Shown here: one piece after another, positions 39,257-52,275 of the stretch | Layout of the letters: each line of letters opens with the position of its first letter | Numbering within the stretch: position 1 is the stretch's first letter | Source: Fimicolochytrium jonesii | Lineage: Eukaryota | Direction of reading: 5' to 3' | NCBI RefSeq assembly: GCF_025526975.1 | Contig: NW_026515676.1 | Location: 496,001 to 560,000, forward strand | DNA: 64,000 bases | Notes under the pieces: model-generated | The model's input: only the letters and a program-made list of their open reading frames with translations | What the model was told of the DNA's origin: nothing | Databases searched by the model: none | Made by a program: the position numbers and the translations under genes

Positions 39257-42200
39257 ATGATGACAACCGACTCGCCAACCCAACCAAAGGCAGAGGAAGC
39301 TGTCGAGGAATCCGCCGTCGCCGCAGAGTCTGTGCCGGCCGGGACTGAGGAGGTTGAAGGTATGAGAGCCTCACTTCTCACCACCTTCGATGATCTGTCG
39401 AAAAGCTGACACCTGCCTTCCAGTGCCCATAGAAGACCAAACCTTCTCCCTGACCGTCCGCTTACCGGAGTCCACTACGCAACCCATCAAGTTGTATGTT
39501 TCCTCGCAGACCGCCATCCAGGACATTCGCCAGGCCATCTTTGACGTTCCCGACGCGTCGGGATACACTTGTTTCTACCTGACTTTCAACGGACAAAAGT
39601 TGAGCGATTTCACAGAGCTCGGCGAGATTGAGGATTTCACGCCTGATTCAGAGCTGGAGCTGCATGAGGGTGGGTTCTTTGATGGAAGCAGGGTGTGCAA
39701 TTCGCTTTTCAGAGTCTGGAGATCTCACATCTCGCTGTGCAGATGCATACAATGACAGAGAGTTGAGAGTCCACCTCACACGGTTTCGCGAGACCATGAC
39801 CCTGTTCAACAGCCATCAGCTGAATCGGGGCGTGGACTATGCAAGTTCGTATTTGGGACACGTCGACCGTTGGGATGGTAAGAATGTGGCAAGCATTAGT
39901 GGGGCTGCTGAGAAGACATGCGACTGATAAGGCGTCTCCTCAATCAACCAGACTCAGAAAACCTGAATGTTAACGGGAAAGGCAAAAAGAAGGCCAGAAC
40001 CGAGAAGAACACAAAACCTGGAACTCGCGCAACAGATGACTTGCACGCCTTCGACGACTACGATTTCGAATGTACAGGCCACAATTTGCTCTCGGACTTT
40101 GTTGTGGAATACACCGACGAAGCTGAGAGACTGAAGCCAGTGAAGAGCTTCTCTATGTCGGCCTGGAATCCTGTGCCCCATTCGCAGCGTTCTGCAGGGG
40201 ATCTGCTTTACTTGCGAGTGCAAACCTTGGAAAGCGAAGTTCTTCACATCACTTGCAGTACGTTTGGCTTCTTCATCAACGGGTCGACCGACACACACTT
40301 CGACCCCGCACCGAGGGAGGTCAAATCCTACCATGAGCACAACCTCGCCGTGACATTATCCAAAGCCAGCCCCCAGTTTGCAAAAACGTTCGCGAAGCTG
40401 CAAAACAAAGTCGCCCAGAGGAACCCTCTGGAATATCTCCACACAGTTGAGGCAGTGTACCCCTGGGCAGTTCGTAGCCGGAAAGTTGCGGCCGATGAAG
40501 GCCGCACGTTGGACATGCACCTGCATGCGACGGATCAAGCGGATGGCTTTGGAAGCCACGACTGGAACGAAGAGCTCCAGTCCATCCGCGAGCTCCCGCA
40601 CGGCACACCGCATGAGAAGGTTCACCGGGACCAAGCGCTCTACCGCATCCACAGCGAGTTCATTGAGGCAGCGTCCCGCGGTGCTGTCGCGGTCCTCACT
40701 GGAAACGCCATCCCCCTCAACCCGCAGGAGCCTACAGCTACTCAGATGTTCCTCCACAACAACATTTTCTACTCTGTCGGCTACGACAACCGTGAAGTGT
40801 TTGACCGGATAGGCGGTGAAGCCGCCGCCCACGTCGCTGTCTCCAAAGACGTCGACGGTGTTCGTCTGCTCAACAACCTCGAGATTCCCGACCTCTTCAC
40901 TGTCGGCACAGCTGTCATCGACTACCAAGGCCACCGTGTCGTCGCACAGAGTGTCATCCCAGGCATCCTCCGCCGCGCACCCGACGCCGACCCGCTCGTC
41001 AAGTACGGCAGCGTCGACATGGGCAATGAAATTGCAGCTGACCCGGAGTTCCATGTGATGTCCGAAAAGATCGCCAAAGCCCTCCACCTGGGTGAACATA
41101 CCGTTGTCGACGGTGCTGGCAAGGAGTGGAAGCTCCACACGAGCCTTGAGACTAAGGGAATTGTGGGACAGGATGACCGCAAGTACTTTTTGGATCTATT
41201 CAGGGTCACGCCGGTGGATGTGGAGTTTTTGGAGGAAATTGATGGAAAGAAGGATACTGATGGTGAGAAGGAGGTGCCGGAGAAGAGCGAGGATGGAGAA
41301 GAGAAGAATGACAAGGCGGACAAGTCTGGGTTACCGGAGTATCCTCACCGATTGGTTCTTATGAGACCGGAGTTGTTGGACCACTTTTACGAGCATAAGC
41401 TTCGGGCTGCTATGGCTGAGGCCAAGACGAAGGAAGGCAAGGGCGAAGAGAAGAAGAATGAAGAAGAGGAGGCCTCCAAGGAAAGTGCCGGTGAACTGAC
41501 AAAAAAGGCAACAAAGGAGAATGCCACGGAGACTACGGAAACTTCTGATGAAGCGAAGGAGAAGCCCGCTGTCGAGAACGGAGATCGAAAGCAGGCCGAG
41601 CCCGCTGACGATGTCGACTCTGCCATCTCGCAAACCATCTCGCAATTCAAGCTGAGCCTCAACCCCGATGTGTTCACGCCTATCCAGCAGGGAGACGCAC
41701 CTGAGGTCAAAGCTGCGCACGAAAATGCTGTTCGCGACGTCGCGCTCTTTCTGCGTAAAACGATGCTGCAACGCCTAGTCATCGAGTGCGTTTACCACGC
41801 CCAGCTCACCGACAGTGAAGCACTGACGAAGCGATTCCACTCCCGCGGTATCAACATGCGGTACTTAGGCAAAGCTGTGGAGGTGGCTCAGGAGGTGGGC
41901 AGTGTTACAAAGGCGGCAACCAACGCTGACGGTGCGGTTTCGCCCCTCAAGCACAATGCGTACTTCATCCGTGTGTGCAAGCAGGAGATGGTCGGTCGAG
42001 CTGCCAAGCATATTCTGAGGAACATGTTGAAGGAGTCACCCGGACACGCCATGAGGGAGTGCGTGGCGAAATTCCTGAGCTGTTTGTTCGCCGATGAAGA
42101 TGTGGAGATCAACTTTGAATACAAGGCCTCCCAGGGCCGGAAGATTGGACTTAAAGCCAAGTCTCAGCCGGAGTTGCCGTTCGCGTCCTTGACTCCTGCG

Positions 42201-43834
42201 TCCGTTCACGCTGACATTAGGCACGAGGTGGCCAAGAGGTACAGATTCACGGATCTCTCTGCGACGTTCTGGCGCGAGAGGCCTTTGGCCCTTCTCCGCT
42301 CCATCTGCATCAAAGTGGGTTTGCAGATCGAGGCCTTGGACTACTTCGCCGGGTCTCCATCCTCCACCACCCCCTTGTTCAACCCGAGCAACATCATTAC
42401 ACATCTCCCGGTCATCAAACACCACCCACCGCGCGCGACCTTCGCCGAAGAGACGCTCGAGTCCGCCAACTACACCCTCAACACCCACCCTGCCCTCGCC
42501 ATCGAGCTCTACACCGAAGCCGCTACAGTCTACGAACAGATCTACGGGCCCGTACACGCCGACACCGCGCGCGCATACACAGCCCTCGCCCTCGCATACC
42601 ACCAAACCGGCGACATCGACAAGGCCGTCGGGTGGGCGCGCAAAGCCGTCGTCGTCGGCGAACGATGCCTGGGTGTCGATTGCGAGGAAGTTGTAGGATG
42701 GTATGCCAACCTGGCTTACTTTGAGTATGTGCGCGCCAACAGCGAGTTGGTGGATGTGGCTGATGAGGAAGGGGCTCCCAAGCTTCCCCCGAAGAGTGAT
42801 GGGGAGCTTGCGAGGGAGAAGAGGGTGCGGGATGAACGTATTGCGAGGGCGTTGAGGTTGATGAGGCATGCGCTGAGGATGTGGGAGAAGATTGCGGCTG
42901 GGGAGAGGAACTTGGAGGGTGCGAGCACAGATGTGAGTGACAATTTTCTGTGACATTTCTCTCGGGAGCGGAAGGGAGGAATTCTTTTGTGTAGCTGCGG
43001 CGGTAGCCTCACATCGAGGCCGACCGGTCCGCCGTTGCCAATGCCGGCAACCGTCATTACTTCCTTCTCCCATACGATCATGGACTGTGGCTGATCTCGT
43101 CCCTCCTTCTATAGTCCAATTTGTCAACGATCCTCTCAGACATCAACCCGTCAGTTTCGCTCCAATTCCTCCTCCGCGCACTCGACACGCACACAACCCT
43201 CCTTGGCAAATCGCACGCACTCACTCTCAAATCCCAAGAGTCGCTCGTGAAACACTACATCCAGATCGGGGATTTCCACCAAGCCGTCACTGCACAGCGC
43301 ATCGTCTGCGAGATCCTCAGAGCGCGCCATGTGCCTGCGGCTACCAAAGGGGACAGCGAAGAGGTGAAGGATGGTAACGACGCGGCTGCCGCTGCCGTCG
43401 CTGCTGAGATGGACAGGGAGGAGGAGAAGTTGAGGACTGCTGAGGCTATCTTGGCTGGGTTGACTGCGAGGGCTGTGAGCGAGGTGAATAGTTTATTTCG
43501 TCGCAACTCACCATACAAACCCCTATTGACCTCGTACTGACTGAATCTCACTCCAATCAAATAATAGGCAAGGAAAGCAGCGCTCCTCAAGTCCTCCGCG
43601 AAATCAAGTCGCGTCGGCAATGGCGTAACATTAGAGCCCTCGTTTTCCAACGGACAAGGTACCAATGGAACGGCGGAAAAGAAGAAGAAGAAAAAGGACA
43701 AGGAGCCTTCCATCGACCAATTGCTCGAGTTCATTGGCGAGAAGAAGCAGGCACCTGCGGCTCAGCCGGGGAAGAAGGCCGGCGGCAAGAAGCCCGTTGC
43801 TGCCAACGGTGCGACTGCGGCGGCCAAGAAGTGA
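39257..43834 (+). CDS. CLU1: Clustered mitochondria protein (CLU_N, CLU, eIF3-p135 and TPR domains)
   Basis: SAWNPVP..RSAGDLLYLRVQTLE, DWNEELQSIRELP, MFLHNNIFYS, GTAVIDYQGHRVVAQSVIPGI, KGIVGQDDRKYFLDLFRVTPVD, HSRGINMRYLGK, TPRs and a C-terminal SIDQLLEFI. Confidence 0.95.
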
Positions 43835-44360
43835 GGTGACCAGCAGCAGCTCGCCTCCTTTGCATCCGGTGTGAGATGGCCAGGCTCTGCGCTTCTATCA
43901 GGTGGTTCCCAGACGGCGGGGCGCATTGCCCTACCTGAGTTGATATCGTTAATCCCGCACGAAGGAGTTTGATGGATCACATTATCGCGCACAGGCGCAC
44001 ACGCACGATCCATACGCCCGCCATTGGCTCACCACTTTCATCACACGCACATCCGCACTTCATCATAGACACAAAAAGAACATGCACATCCCTCATCACA
44101 CCATCCCCCCCACACATATCTAGAGTTATGCTGTTCCCATCATGTTTCCATTTTTATATATGTATGTATTTGTGCATATGCACCGAGCCCTTTTTGCTTA
44201 ACAACCAATTCGATAGAGTAAACAGGAGAATACCGAATCTTGTAGACTATTTTCTCTGAAGATGTCGATGGCCACGTTAACCATTCCACCTCGGTTCCTA
44301 CCTACTATCTTAAGGAGCCGAAGATCTCGATGTGGACGTTGCAACTGGCCAGCTACATCC

Positions 44361-45595
44361 TCATGTCGAAAGGTAGGTCGTTTTAGGAGTCAATCGATGC
44401 TTTTTGGTTAGGGCAGGCCTTCGTGAGTCAAGCACAATGTCACTAATTACGTGACCCATCTTGAGCCTGAAAACGTATTCTTCTTCTTCGTTCATCCCCT
44501 TGACGAAGTCATCGTACCAGCCTAGCCAGCGTTTCGGAAGGTTCCCGTCAGGCCCAGCGAAGGCATGGACGAGATCAGCCCACACTAGGAGAAGGATTCC
44601 CGGCGAGACCCCTGTGATCTCCTGAGAATGCTCCAACGCGTAAGCCGCCGACTGATATGTGGGGTGGCACGCCTTGCATATCATGACGCATCGCTTGGCG
44701 CCATCCATTCCGCTGGAGATGCGATGCAGCAACGTCTGCGGCATCACGTGCTGGCAGACGAGCTCATCGCGAGCTGAGTTGCCGCAACGGACGCAGCCTT
44801 GAGCGATCTCGGCGAGATGGTCGTCACGGTTCTTGTACTGCACAGGGTCCATTATTGATGGTGAACGGCGAGGGGAGAAAGATTTCCCTGAGGTTGCGCT
44901 CGGACTTTATACACATGGCGGTTTGCCATAACCTAGGAAAGGTAGAAAAACTGCGATCAACGAACGCCTTCGTTTCCGTAGGTACCAACAATCTTACCCG
45001 CGGCAATAAAACGAGTTTCAACATCCGCATCACAACCTCAGCAGTTCAGTCCTGCCTCTCGAATGCAGTTCCTTCATATCGACGTTTTTTACACGCAGCT
45101 CAATCCACTTCTCCGCCACAACCTCGATAAAGGCTTCCATATAGATTTCGGCAATCAATGGAACGAAGGCTCGCGCCGCCGGACAAGACCTCGGGTCGGT
45201 CGAAAACGTCAGACTTACTTTTGGTTCCTTAGCCCGCTCGTTCACTTTTGTGACGTCGATGCGTGAAATGTCGCCATCAAGATGAAAATGCTAGCTTTTT
45301 TGGCAAAGTTTCGACAGCGCGTAAGCCGTCACTTTCGACGAGCAGTCCGACAGCATGAATTCCAGCTTAGACCTTTAGAATACTTCTTTCGTTATGTGAT
45401 ATGGCCTGACTATATCGGCATCATGAGACAGGCAAATGCGATAGAAGCTATCTCATCGTCTTCTATAGCCAGAAGATACTTTATCGATCCCAAAGGTACT
45501 GTATCCAGAGGAGGGGTTACTTCGGACCAATTCCGCACATTTTCTGGTACGGCGCTACAATAACCGCGAAATACAAGCTCCACGTAATCGGCCAA
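44361..45595 (-). pseudogene. Decayed intronless ORF ending in a Zn-binding HNH-like domain
   Basis: CVRCG...LVCQHVMP...IS....KRCVMICKACH pattern. The upstream frame runs through in-frame TAA (45377-45375) and TAG (45293-45291) and several frameshifts. Confidence 0.45.
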
Positions 45596-45810
45596 TATGG
45601 GCCATTAAGGCCATAATTAAGCATTTTTAGCCATTATGCAGGTACTCGAAGTTCACAAATCCTTCATGGCGTAGTGATCATGGAGAAACGCCATCTACTA
45701 TGTATATTTTGTGTTCAGCTCCTGAAAATAATCCACGCCGTAAGAGCTACCCAAATTTGTATCTGATAATTGATGTGAAAGGGTCACAAGCGAGCAGGCT
45801 ATATTCCCTC

Positions 45811-48800
45811 TTACGCGCCAGTACGCCCTGCAGACCCGTGCACCCCATTCCAGCAATCCAGACTCGGCAGTGGCGGGTACCTCTTATCCTCGGGCTTCGC
45901 TACCTCTGACGCTAAAGATGCCTCCACCTGCTCTGTTGTTCTATTTGCAATCGCGGTCGTAGGCGATCGCAAGAACCCAGTATGGACCAGGAACCCGATA
46001 TACAGCGGCATGAGTGCGCGCATCGAGTGCGGTATCGGTTGTACCGCCGACGATGCCGATACCGCGGTAAGTGCTGCGCGAGCTAAGACGCGTTCGGCGT
46101 TGGTGGTATCCAGCACGGGAGACTTGGTGCTGGTGGGTAGGTCATCGACCACGAAGTGGAGGAGAGGAAAGAGAGCTGATGATGTTGGCGAGGTGGTGGT
46201 GTCATCGCCCGACGATGATGAAGAGCCGGAAAGGACAAAGTCCATCAGCGATGTCCGCCAGTGAATGTAGTCTGTCGGTTGTAGCGGTCGGTAGCCTACC
46301 GCGGCTAGCTGTGCGAATAGGTCGTTGAAGCTGAAACCTTCGGGATTGTAGCAGTGGAAGACTGTGTTGTCGGGAATGGCGGTTGAAGCATCGCCATTCG
46401 TGGTAGGCAACGACCGGGCTGCGACGTACGGGTCCGTGGCGACGGCTCCTACCACAGCGGCGACGTAATCTACTGGACACATGTTGATAGCATTGGCGAT
46501 ACGCGGGGCTCTGCCAAGATCCACGCACCCCTTGACCAGACGCCAGATAAAATCATCGGTGTTCGTCACGCCCGTCGTCGTGGAGCCGACAATGTAACCC
46601 GGTCGGATGATCGTCGTGGGCAGGTCGGGCTGAGATGAAATTCCCCGATTACGCTTCCTGGCCCGGACGACAAGTTGCTCAGCGACCCATTTGGTTTGCC
46701 CGTATCCGGAACGCAGACCCCGCTTCGCACCCATCAGGTCATCGTCTTCGTAGACCCTGGTCCCGGTATCCAGCTTGCGCACATAATGCGGGGTGTCAAG
46801 CACAGACGTAGATGAGACAAAATGCACGGGCTTGACATGGGTGGTCGTCGCCAGACGCAAACACCAAAGCGTGCTCAGAACATTAGCGGCTCGGAGCTTG
46901 TGGTAAGGATAGACCCAGTGCACCAATGCACCGTTGTGTATGACCACATGTGCCGTTCGGCTGAGCTCCGCCCATTCCGCCTCTGAAAGCCCCAGCCGCG
47001 GCTGCGCCAGATCTCCGCAGAGGGCTGTAAGACGGCCTTTGGCCACCCAGTCCTCATTCCACACAAGATATCTCGACGAGTTGGTCCGGATGCGATCGAT
47101 CGCGTCCTTTGTCGACTTTGCGCGAACCAGTGCGGTGACTTTGTTGTTGGGCGAGCGATTGAGCAAATCAGCGACGATGAAGGCACCAAGGAAGCCTGTA
47201 ACGCCGGTAGCGAAGAACGAGGCGCTGACCTCCCCAGGGCGTTCAGCAGTAGGAGACAGCCCCGCCGTGGTAATAGGAAACTCCGCGTCCAACGTTTCCA
47301 GATCTGCCGCGTAATCCACCTCTCCCACCGTGTCGGCATCGTCAGCGTCTCCCTTCGGCCGGGATCCCAGCGTTGGAGAGCGCCGCTCGTTCCCACCACC
47401 ACCAGACACGAGCCCCAGCTCGCTATCCATATACCTCTCCACCTCGCCAGACATTCCTCGCACCGTCGGTGTCTTGTACACAATACCAAGAGGTACATCC
47501 ACCCTGAGGTTCTTCCTGATCATGAACACGAGTTGCGTGGCAAGAATGGAGTGCCCGCCAATGTCAAAGAAGTTGTCGTCGAGGCCTATGGAAGCTGTTG
47601 GTTGACGAAGGACTGAGCTCCAGATTTCCCGCACGGCTGTCTCGATGGTTGTCAAAGACGCTGCGTTGGCTTGTTCTTCGACGGCTGGGAATAGCGATGC
47701 GAGGAGGGCTGTGTCTGGGAAGGGAAGCGCGTTCTTGTCGACCTTGCCGTTAGGGGTCAGAGGCATTCGCTTAAGAGGTACGATCACTGCAAAAGAAGTA
47801 TTTTAGCACGTGCCGGTTTAGATGAAGATGGCCCTGTCATCGATTGAAATCCACATACCTCCAGGCACCGCATACGACGGCAACTTCCCTTTCAAATATT
47901 CCCGAACACCAGCAACCAGGCTCGCCACATTCTCCGTCGAATCCACAGGAACGATATAGCTAATCAGCACCTTCTCCTCATCTTTATCTCTCTTGACCAT
48001 GGAGACGTTCTCCCGAACTTGCGGACACTGAGACAGATGTGTGTCAATCTCCTTCAACTCAATCCGGAATCCGCGAATCTTGACCTGATCGTCGGCTCGG
48101 CCCGTGCATTCCACCGAACCGTTCGGCAGATAGCGGCCCAGATCCCCGGTGCGGTAGCAGCGATCACGGGGGCCTAGGTAGTAGGGCCACGCCTTCTGAG
48201 GCGCCGATAGGTTCTTGGTCGCATCGCCGAATGGGTTTGCGACAAACTTGGCCGCTTTGGCTTCCTCGTCCAGGTAGCCTTCCGCCAAACCGCTACTCCT
48301 CACGTAAATCTCGCCAACCTCACCGATTCCACACAGCGCGCCGGCTGGGTTGACGACGAGTAGCTGAACATCAATCATCCCCTTGCCCGCAGGAATGATA
48401 TCCTTCAACTCAGACAAAAACCCAGGGTTCTTGTTACTCGGCGGAACAATCAAGTGACTAACGGCGCGCTGGGTCTCCGTCGTACCGTACATGTTCACGA
48501 CATGCACGTTTTCAGCAAGATATTGCAGTCGGAGGACATCGCGCTTCGTGAGAACGTCTCCGACAAAGAACGCGTTGCGAAGGGTTGGGATGGGTGTTGT
48601 AGCATTAGCGGAGAGGAGTTGGCCCATTGCTGGGGTGAGATGTGTTACGGTGATACCATGATGCGCCATCCATTCTGCGAGGCGACCAGGTAGACCGATG
48701 TCTTCGGATGTAGGGATGCGAAGCTGAGCACCGAGGAAGAGAGGGGTGAAGACTGGGGCACGCAAGAACAGAGAATCAATTAGCAGCAGGCTCTTGAACT

Positions 48801-50425
48801 CTCCATCCAGAAAATGAAGAGTACTCACTGTCGCGCTGGATGGGATCATGTGCAATGCCGCTCAGCATGGTAAATCGCTCATTTTCCGTTATGCCAAAAG
48901 TTTCCTTCATCCACGGATAGAAATGGGTCAAGGAGAAATGCCGTCCCTTGACGCCCTTGGGAATACCTGTACTTCCACTTGTAAAGCTCAGAGTGCTTCC
49001 GGAATCCGGGCCCAAAACAACGTCCGGTGCAGTCCCCTTGAGCTCAGCGTCAGGTCCAAAAATGTCGTTTCCGTCCGGCCCTAATCCTCCCGTCAGGTTT
49101 CCATCATCATGTATCAGCAGCGAGGGCACCATGCACACGATGTCCAGATTGTTCGCGACGTACTCCTTGACCTCCTGGTCCAGTTCTCCCGCCTTGGCCA
49201 ACACGACAAGTCCACGCGGTACGGCGACTGATAAATAGATATTTTGGCGAGACGGCGGGTAGGCCGGGTCGATGACGCTGAAGATGGCACCGGCCTTCAA
49301 CACGCCCATCACGGCCACTACTAAATCAACTCCGCGATACGAGTAAAGAACGACCACATCTTCCCGTTGGATTCCATTTCGAAGCAGGTGGTGCGCCAGA
49401 ACGTTCGAAGCCTCGTTGATCGCTTGGTAAGAGAATTCGCGCAATGGAGCCAATGAGGGGGAGACGTTCGTATCACGGCTCTCTACCACACAAACCCTGT
49501 CGGGGTGCGCTTGAGCATTACGTGCGAAGATGTCGGTGATAGCTCCTTCGAAGCCGTCATAGTGTAAATCAGCGGCGGGATCTGGGAGTAGTGGTCTCGA
49601 GAATGTTGACACGAGTGAGATGGCGCCAATCGGGGAGTCGATGTTGGCAGCAGCACCTTCCAAAACTAGTTGCAGTTGTTCAAGCATGTCCGTTATGCGA
49701 CTATGCGCAAAAAGCACCGAGTTGTAAACGATGCGAATATCTATCGGGAGCAGTCTACGCAGTGTGGGCTCTTGCGAGATGAAGATGGTGATGTCGCAAG
49801 ACGAGGATGTGGTCGTGGACGCCAAGGTCTCTTGATTCGTATCGGTGAGATTGAAGAAGCGGACTTTGAACAACGATGGTTGATGTGGGTTTGCCTGCTG
49901 CTGGGCCGGCTGCGATTTGACCGGGGAAGGCAAAGGAGGTACCAATGCGTTCAGCAATGTCTGAAAGGGCACCTCGTTCGTAGTCGCATCCAGTTCTGCC
50001 TCCAGAACGGCACGGATGACAGAGCGAAACGTCGCATCGGCCGTAACAGGGAACCTGAGAACAAGCGGGTTGGATGTCGTCGAGCTGGATCCGACCGTGA
50101 TATCGCTCTCGCCGCTATGACGATGCAAAAGCACAGCAAAGGCAGCCAGGAGGATGGTGAACGGAGTCACCGTTGCCCCTACACCCTCGTTCCCGCTGTT
50201 CACCGCCAGCGACAACTGCAGTATCGCCAACGAGGTTTTCTCACTGACGTGAAGGACCTGATCTGCCTCCACCACTCTGCTGGGAATAGGCCGTGGATAG
50301 TCCGTCGGGAGTAGGAGCTCAGTGAGGTCTGCTAAACGCTGCTTCCAACCTGCCAGCAGTGCGTCGTTCCCAGAAGGTTCTGTATCGACGCGAAGATGAG
50401 GAGCGACACCGTTGCTTCCTGGCAT
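45811..50425 (-). CDS. LYS2: L-alpha-aminoadipate reductase (ADA-A-T-R, NRPS-like)
   Basis: [110 protein letters not shown], and reductase TGVTGFLG / HNGALVHW / GYGQTKW. Confidence 0.97.
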
Positions 50426-50791
50426 TTTGACTCTTTGTAAGAAGGGTGTCGTGGGAATGGGTTGGAAAGGTGCAGACCGAAGAAGCCGGAGGTTCCCAGA
50501 GGTCAAGTCCGCGGGAATGTAAATACAATGAATTGGCTTGGACAACGACAGCTATACGCAATTCCACCTGCTCACTTATATGGCCGTTGGGAGAAGACAG
50601 CTATGCGACTGAGAGAGTGAACCTGGAGAGTAGAGCTGCTTTTGAGCCTTTGATATTTCTGTGTGTTTTTCCCACGGCTTCCCCATGAGTGCATGCCCAG
50701 TGGTGAAAAAGGTCTCCAGAGAACGGAGGCATTGACAGCAAAAAGAGATGGCGGAGATTGTCATCAGAGATCGGGCGCAGCTCACATCTGC

Positions 50792-50798
50792 TGAGTCA
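50792..50798. promoter_or_regulatory. TGACTCA (Gcn4/CpcA-type) site upstream of LYS2
   Basis: TGAGTCA on + (TGACTCA on the gene strand), ~370 nt upstream of the LYS2 ATG. Confidence 0.4.
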
Positions 50799-52275
50799 CA
50801 TGGTCCGTGACTTCATATGTCAGGGGAGGAAGTCAGCGGCTCCGTGCGCATCCTTTGAATTTAACAGTTTGGTTCGACGTTTGGCGGTGAGTACGTACAG
50901 TATATACGACGAGTTCGCCCTTCAGGAAATGTGAAGGTACTGGATTCGATGTACTGTAGGGGCGGCAACGGCTTGACTTGGTTTGACTTGGCTTGACTAG
51001 ACACCGTAGCACATTCCCGACAAATGCGGGCAATGCATGGGCCGACCTGATCTCGTGAAATCTGTCAGCGCGCTGATGCAAACCACTACTGACCTCAGAA
51101 TGGATATGCGAGCTCTGGAGAGGAAGATGGACCGCGGCTTTGCCACTGCGAACTATGAACACCCAATTCGCTGCTGTGAACATCCAACTCGCTGCTATAA
51201 ACGCCACTCTGCACCGCCCGCTCCCGCCGCCTCGTCTTCAGGCGCTGCTCCGGCGGCTCAGTCGTAGTCCTTTACTTCATCCTTGATCCCTTCCTTTGCA
51301 CGGCGTAAATTGGCTCTCCTCGTTTTTCCGCTACACTATTCTTCTTCGTATCGCGTCGATATCCTCACTCATAGTCTCTCCCCATTCGTATGTTGCCGTA
51401 AATAGCCAGCTCATTAATCCAATCGTTTTGTCCATAACATCCCCTAATTCTCAAATCCCTCAATTTTTTGGTCCTATTTCTTCTTAGCGCTCTTTGCTCC
51501 ACCCTTCGCTGACTTAGCGCCCTCCTTGCCTTTACCGCCTTTACCCTTCTTAGCCGAACCGGACTGCCCAAAGAAGGTAAGATCAACACTACACTCATCT
51601 CCGAGAAGCATTACACATGGAAAAGGATGTTTTCACACATACCCGCTGTTTAGCCAACTCCCTCCTAACCTTCCATCCCTTAAAGAACGCCTGAATGCGC
51701 GTCGCGGCCATTACGTCGTGGCGGAGGAGGGCTTCGCGTTCCTAAATGAAAAATTCATAGATGTGAGTGTCTGAGGGGAGGGGAAGGTGGCAACCGGAGG
51801 TTTGGCTTTACTTTGCATTTTTCGTCTTCGACCTTCCGCTCTTCCATGATAGTTTCGTACTCCTTTTCCATGTCGGCGTGCCCGGCAGAGAGTTCGTCTA
51901 GTTGGGCCTTTTCTTCGAGGTAGATTGCCTGGGAATTGTATCATCGGATGTTAGTGATGTGTGGGCAGTTGTTTCATTCACATGTGCGACTTGGGTTGAG
52001 ACTGGGCTGATATGATATTCAAAATTATGCGGTGATGATGGTAGTCGGGGGTTATTAGAGGATTACGTAGAGTGATGATAAGAATGGGGGTTCCAAAAGA
52101 TGAATGTTATAAGGGATACGCCGAGATGACGGATGATGCTAAATATGAGGGAGTTCTATCTACAGAAAGGTGGCAGAGGGGAGAAGGAACGCCGATTCGG
52201 ATTCCTCACAACGAGTCTGCTCAGTGATGTTCGACGGGATTCCGATAGTTGTGGTGCGTGTGTGGTTTTGCCGTG

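Noticed and set aside
42934..43114. Other long introns (CLU1 ~180 nt, CX9C 212 nt, RPE1 ~160 nt) as members of the hairpin-intron family
   Set aside because: They lack the CGAGCG..GCGAG modules and the GATGGTT tract.
40356..43127. Long minus-strand ORFs (260 and 363 aa) opposite CLU1
   Set aside because: Antisense shadows caused by GC-rich codon bias.
45811..50425. LYS2 as a secondary-metabolite NRPS cluster
   Set aside because: The motifs are those of primary-metabolism aminoadipate reductase, and there are no tailoring enzymes nearby.
50830..52150. Short coiled-coil-like ORF (51037-51267) and low-complexity DNA
   Set aside because: Possibly a degraded repeat, but no termini, domain or second copy supports a call.
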